Positions 61,801 through 64,000 of a DNA stretch of 64,000 nt are shown here, in pieces. A program made the translations under genes and the position numbers. The notes under the pieces were generated by a model, which saw only the letters and a program-made list of their open reading frames with translations, did no database searches and was not told where the DNA came from. The DNA lies in assembly GCA_000934665.2 (NCBI GenBank), contig KZ538325.1, forward strand, positions 1 to 64,000, in the 5' to 3' direction. The DNA comes from Catajapyx aquilonaris. Lineage: Eukaryota. Positions within the stretch are counted from its first letter, which is position 1. Each line of letters opens with the position of its first letter.

Positions 61801-64000
61801 GTTGAGAGGAAGAGGGGAGGGCAAGAGGGGGAAGGCGGGGGAGTGAAGCTGACGCCGTTCCCAATTTTGTGGATCATTCTCAGTGATTCTTCACGCTTGC
61901 TAACCGCTACGGCTGGCCTTTTGTTGGCAGACCAAAATCAATTTGCAGCCTGAGAGGACATGGTGTTTGGTTGGGGCAGGAGGGGGGGGGGGGGTGCAAA
62001 TATTTATCGACGCTGCAGTTTTGGTAACAACAAACTCGTACTGAATGCCATGGGTCTCGTAAATGTTCCTGGGAGGAAGACTTGCTAATTTATATACAGG
62101 GAAGGGCAGATGGCTCTCGAAGAAGTTTTTGGGACCCTAGGCCTTTTTAATAAAGTGAGATGGAAAAGAAGGGGGAAAATTCTTGAAAGATTTGGGCTAT
62201 TTTGTGATCTCATAACTCATGAAGCTCATGTCAATGGCTGGACGGTCCGCACTTTTTGTGGTAAGCACTTGAAAGTTGTTGAAAATTGTAATTGCAACAT
62301 ACTTACTTCTTAAAGTAATAATAGGACATAGCGAACGTTTGACGTACTGTACCTGAAACAAAGTACGTCTTGTACATTCAGACAGAGAAAAGTTAGAAGA
62401 AACACAAGTTTCATTTAAATGCTTCGTAACTTTATATAACCTGGGAGTTGGTTCAGAATTGTGTTGCTTCATCTTGTTATCTCAGTTGAAAAACATGTGT
62501 CTTGGTTTATTTTTACGAGCAATGTCAGGTAGGATGGAGGTCTCGAAGGAGACCGCTGAATTCTGTTTTAGTCGGGAGCAAACAACGAGGAAAACACGTT
62601 AATGAATAGTCGGCCGGATAATGTTAAGTGGGCTAGGCTGCACAAAATAGCTCAATAGCGTCCTTGAGTTACGTTTTTCAGTGGCGTTTATGATATGTCA
62701 AGTAGTAGTTCAGCTATCACAGCATTATATTCCTTTTTTATATACAAATATTGAAGGGAAACGCATATGACAGAAACTATGAATAAATAGGCATCTGTAA
62801 AACAGGGAGTCTACGAAGTTTATTTAATCATCCATAAGTGGAACATTAAAAATATGGAGTGTTATTACACCACCAATTTCACTCTACATGTACGCGTCAC
62901 GACCAGCTACATATTAAACAGTTGTAAACACCATCTCATTCTGTTACCCAATCACTCTACAACTACACTACAATTAATATTCGGTAGGTGTACTTGACAT
63001 CCTAATTGCAACAGTTCGCAGAAATTACTGCAGACGGAGAGAATTCACTGAAGTTGGACCATTAATTTCCCAAAGAGCATTCGAAATCATAATATCATTT
63101 TAAAAGGGCAAGTCATTGATTTCACATATTATTCTTAGCACCACCGGTAAAGGCCCAGACCTGGCTCATTTCCTTTTCGCTGGTGGTCTCCTTATGTTGG
63201 GTCAACTCTGCCATACCAGCTGTGACACCCCAGGCATCAGGGTGAGACAGTGAGCTGCAGTATGGCCTTCCAGAAGCAGGATTCATATTCTCCCAGTAGT
63301 CCCTTCGAGCCCTGGCCCTCACCCATGGCTTGGTGTGGATCTTAAGGCTCTCACCCCACATGGCGTGCTTGCTGGACGCCTCCGGTAGATGGCCTCGTTC
63401 AGGAGCTAGCTCTTCAGCCACTGCCCTGTGGGTTGCCAGGCACAAGTTACTAACGCTGATCGAAAATATCGAGTTTTGAGCAGCTCCAGGGTGCAGATAT
63501 GAATGCACCCGTTGTCTTATTGTAATAGCAGATAATATGTCGAAGGGGAAAGAGCGGGGCAATGAACTTTGAAGAAATCGAAAGGTAATTTTGCACTCAA
63601 CTGAAGGCAAGAGGTGCCGGGGACGAATATCAATGTTTTAATTAAATTATCCCGAACAATCGGATTTTACGTCTTGAAGAGACAGTCCTTATCGGAAAGT
63701 TTGATTAGTCAGATGCCAATATTGGCATTAGTTAGTTCTACAGCGTTGCAATAATATTTTCCTAACAAAGAGGAGTTGTTTGCACGAGACTGTCACGATC
63801 ACTAGGGCCTCCGTTGCCGATGCATTTTGATACATGACAAGGTAATTAATCAAAACAGCGGTTATTTATGGCCTATTTGAAATAACCCTAATTAGCGTTA
63901 GTTATGATCAATTTTACACCCAACTGCCACCAACATTAGCAACACCAATCTATTTTAATTTGCATGCCGTCAACAAAACAGCGCATGTTCCCCCGATACT

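Overview
Eukaryotic (animal, probably arthropod-like) genomic DNA, almost all non-coding; no prokaryotic features, CRISPR array, rRNA or intact tRNA were seen. The only convincing gene is the 5' half of a cyclic-nucleotide-gated (CNG) cation channel on the minus strand. It has a first coding exon (51681-51468), an 18.1-kb intron, and one 1128-bp exon (33322-32195) encoding S1-S6 and the pore, joined by phase-compatible GT-AG sites. The C-linker and cNMP-binding exons were not found, so the next intron is probably >32 kb and runs off the left edge. The introns hold a family of short (~190 bp) LTR-like repeats (4 copies, two with TG...CA ends and 4-bp TSDs), a MITE-like element, several minisatellites and microsatellites, long palindromes and one assembly gap. 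I did not find a clearly new multi-gene system. The best leads are the short LTR family carrying a CTCF-like motif and a stem-loop before AATAAA, an unusual pore sequence (TLTLITIGDLP), an in-frame uORF, a Myb-motif minisatellite beside exon 1, and possible CNBD-less isoforms.
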